Below, one piece after another: positions 62,704 through 64,000 of a DNA stretch of 64,000 nucleotides. The position numbers were made by a program, and so were the translations under genes. The notes beneath the pieces were generated by a model. It was not told the DNA's origin and did not search any database. It worked only from the letters and a program-made list of their open reading frames with translations. Source of the stretch: Acutalibacteraceae bacterium (GTDB taxonomy: Bacteria > Bacillota > Clostridia > Christensenellales > UBA1242); contig CAVCHC010000001.1 of assembly GCA_963602035.1 (NCBI GenBank), positions 25,351 through 89,350 on the forward strand, written 5' to 3'. Position 1 is the first letter of the stretch. Every line of letters starts with the position of its first letter.

Positions 62704-63177
62704 ATGCTAACTAAAAAGAAAAAATTGTTTATCTTAATCGGGATGGCCATCTTGCTTGTTGTTACGGGCTATCTTAACGTGGCGCTTACGAGGACGGCGT
62801 CTAAGACCCAAACGGGCACGACGACTGAAACCAACTTTTTTGCAACCTACCGCGCCGACCGCACCTATACGCGCAATCTTGAACTTGAATACCTTGACGC
62901 GATAATCACAAGCTCGTCAAGTTCAAGCGACTATGTTGCAACGGCTACCAACAAAAAACTTGCCCTTGTTGCGCAGATGGAGAAGGAACTTGTTTTGGAA
63001 GGCTTAATTTCGGCGGCTGGCTATGAAGACGCAATTGTGACCGTGTCGGGCGACAACCTTAACGTCATTGTTAAAACCAATGGCTTTACGGGCGACGACG
63101 CAGCACGCATCCTTACCATCGTTGTTGACGAAACCAAAATGCGCGCGGCCAACATTAAAATCGTTCCCGTTGCGTAA
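62704..63177 (+). CDS. spoIIIAH: stage III sporulation protein AH
   Basis: MLTKKKKLFILIGMAILLVV anchor plus a soluble domain. RBS AAGGAGG sits 7 nt upstream. The ATG at 62671 is an alternative start. Confidence 0.7.
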   Translation: MLTKKKKLFILIGMAILLVVTGYLNVALTRTASKTQTGTTTETNFFATYRADRTYTRNLELEYLDAIITSSSSSSDYVATATNKKLALVAQMEKELVLEGLISAAGYEDAIVTVSGDNLNVIVKTNGFTGDDAARILTIVVDETKMRAANIKIVPVA

Positions 63178-63250
63178 AGGCGGTTGGCGCTTAAATAGTT
63201 TGTATCATTCCCGTTGCGTAAAGGCGGTTGATGCTTAAATAGTCTTTAAC
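63162..63250 (+). repeat. 2 x 45-bp tandem repeat that reiterates the spoIIIAH end and stop
   Basis: cgttcccgttgcgTAAaggcggttggcgcttaaatagttt / cattcccgttgcgTAAaggcggttgatgcttaaatagtct. Confidence 0.85.
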
Positions 63251-63291
63251 AAAAAATACTCTTCGTTACAATTAACAAAGAGTATTTTTTT
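63251..63291. terminator. bidirectional intrinsic terminator between convergent genes
   Basis: aaaaaatactctt-loop-aagagtatttttt, with A/T runs on both sides. Confidence 0.75.
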
Positions 63292-63425
63292 AATATTGAA
63301 AATTTGTAATATGTCAGTATTCTATATTAATATTTGTTTATCAGTATCTGCGTTGCGCCGACATTTTTATGCCGCATACTTTACATATGGGGGGGTTACA
63401 CAAATGTAATATTTGCGTAAGTCTG

Positions 63426-63986
63426 CTATGCGTTTAAAAGGCAGATGCCAAGGTTAAGGTAAAAGGCGTACATAAGCCAAAGCGTGTAAATTGAATAGAG
63501 TATGCCTGCCGCGAGGTTGCGATAATAAAAGCGATAGTTGGTGATGATTGCGGTAACCAAAACGATGCCGCAGATGATTGTGCTTATGATAAGCGAGTCA
63601 AGCCTGAAAAAGAATAGTGGCCACATAATGTTGAAAAATAGGTTGATTGAAAACCAAATGATGTCGCCGCGACGGGTCTGCGCGTTTTGATTAGGGCTTA
63701 AAAACGCCAAGAACGCTGACACGCCAAGCATAATATAGATGGCCGCCCACGCTATTGGGAACACGATTTTCGGCACGACGCCCTGAGGCAAGGTGTGCGC
63801 GCGGAAGTTAAACATTTGCCCGCCAAGCAGGGTAGCCAGCCCGCCCGCCAAAAGCACGCCGCCAATGATGATAATCGCCCAAAGCCACGCGTCGGTTGGC
63901 GTGTTGCGCTTGGTGATGTGGCGCTGTTTGGTGTCAGTAAAGTCGTTGGTTTGGTTCTTTTGTCCGTTCGCCGCTTTAAGGTGCAC
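63426..63986 (-). CDS. tspO: TspO/MBR-family tryptophan-rich sensory protein
   Basis: Five TM helices with Trp-rich motifs (FPIAWAAIYIMLG, NIMWPLFFF, YTLWLMYAFYLN). The start is near the window edge and uncertain. Confidence 0.82.
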   Translation of the reverse strand: MHLKAANGQKNQTNDFTDTKQRHITKRNTPTDAWLWAIIIIGGVLLAGGLATLLGGQMFNFRAHTLPQGVVPKIVFPIAWAAIYIMLGVSAFLAFLSPNQNAQTRRGDIIWFSINLFFNIMWPLFFFRLDSLIISTIICGIVLVTAIITNYRFYYRNLAAGILYSIYTLWLMYAFYLNLGICLLNA

Positions 63987-64000
63987 GTCTTTATTGGTTT

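Noticed and set aside
1-64000. A search by eye for tRNA, rRNA, tmRNA, SRP RNA, integrase/transposase/recombinase genes, toxin-antitoxin pairs, and hammerhead-type ribozyme cores (CUGAUGA..GAAA) in the repeats.
   Set aside because: I found nothing convincing. The only ctgatga(g) occurrence I noticed is inside the infC coding sequence. A scan by eye cannot exclude small RNAs, so this should be repeated with tRNAscan, Infernal or similar tools.

Overview
This 64-kb chromosomal window comes from an endospore-forming Firmicute, probably Clostridia-like. Nearly all genes are on the + strand. About 62 CDS are supported, in Bacillus-type housekeeping synteny: ytxC-thrS, infC-rpmI-rplT, plsX-rnc-smc-ftsY, ylxM-ffh-rpsP-KH-rimM-trmD, rbgA-rnhB-yraN-rplS, rpsB-tsf-(lipid kinase)-frr-uppS-cdsA-rseP, rimP-nusA-ylxR-ylxQ-infB-rbfA-nrnA-truB, and efp-spoIIIAA..AH. 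Accessory genes include an ArsR/CadA metal-efflux pair, two tandem YdcK-like beta-helix proteins, an Mrr-like nuclease, a DUF559 nuclease, a short PolC-like exonuclease, and two very large Cys/His-repeat membrane-anchored proteins. I saw no rRNA, tRNA, CRISPR array, integrase or transposase. The unusual part is the non-coding DNA. Almost every larger intergenic gap holds a mosaic of recurring modules: heptamer arrays that abut stop codons, a GTCATTGCGAGG..GGCAATC module (14 copies, one in frame inside truB), two structured modules (about 75 and about 125 nt) with compensatory stem changes, about 130-nt hairpins, and a nested-palindrome MITE-like family. One copy of that family carries the DUF559 endonuclease gene with its own promoter and terminator, and a paralogous locus shows the same palindrome unoccupied. 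This is my best candidate for an undescribed mobile system. Other points: gene 3-prime ends including the stop codon are repeated in tandem, promoter spacers carry a recurrent G-run, and SpoIIIAF is truncated. All family assignments rest on motif recognition by eye, without database searches.
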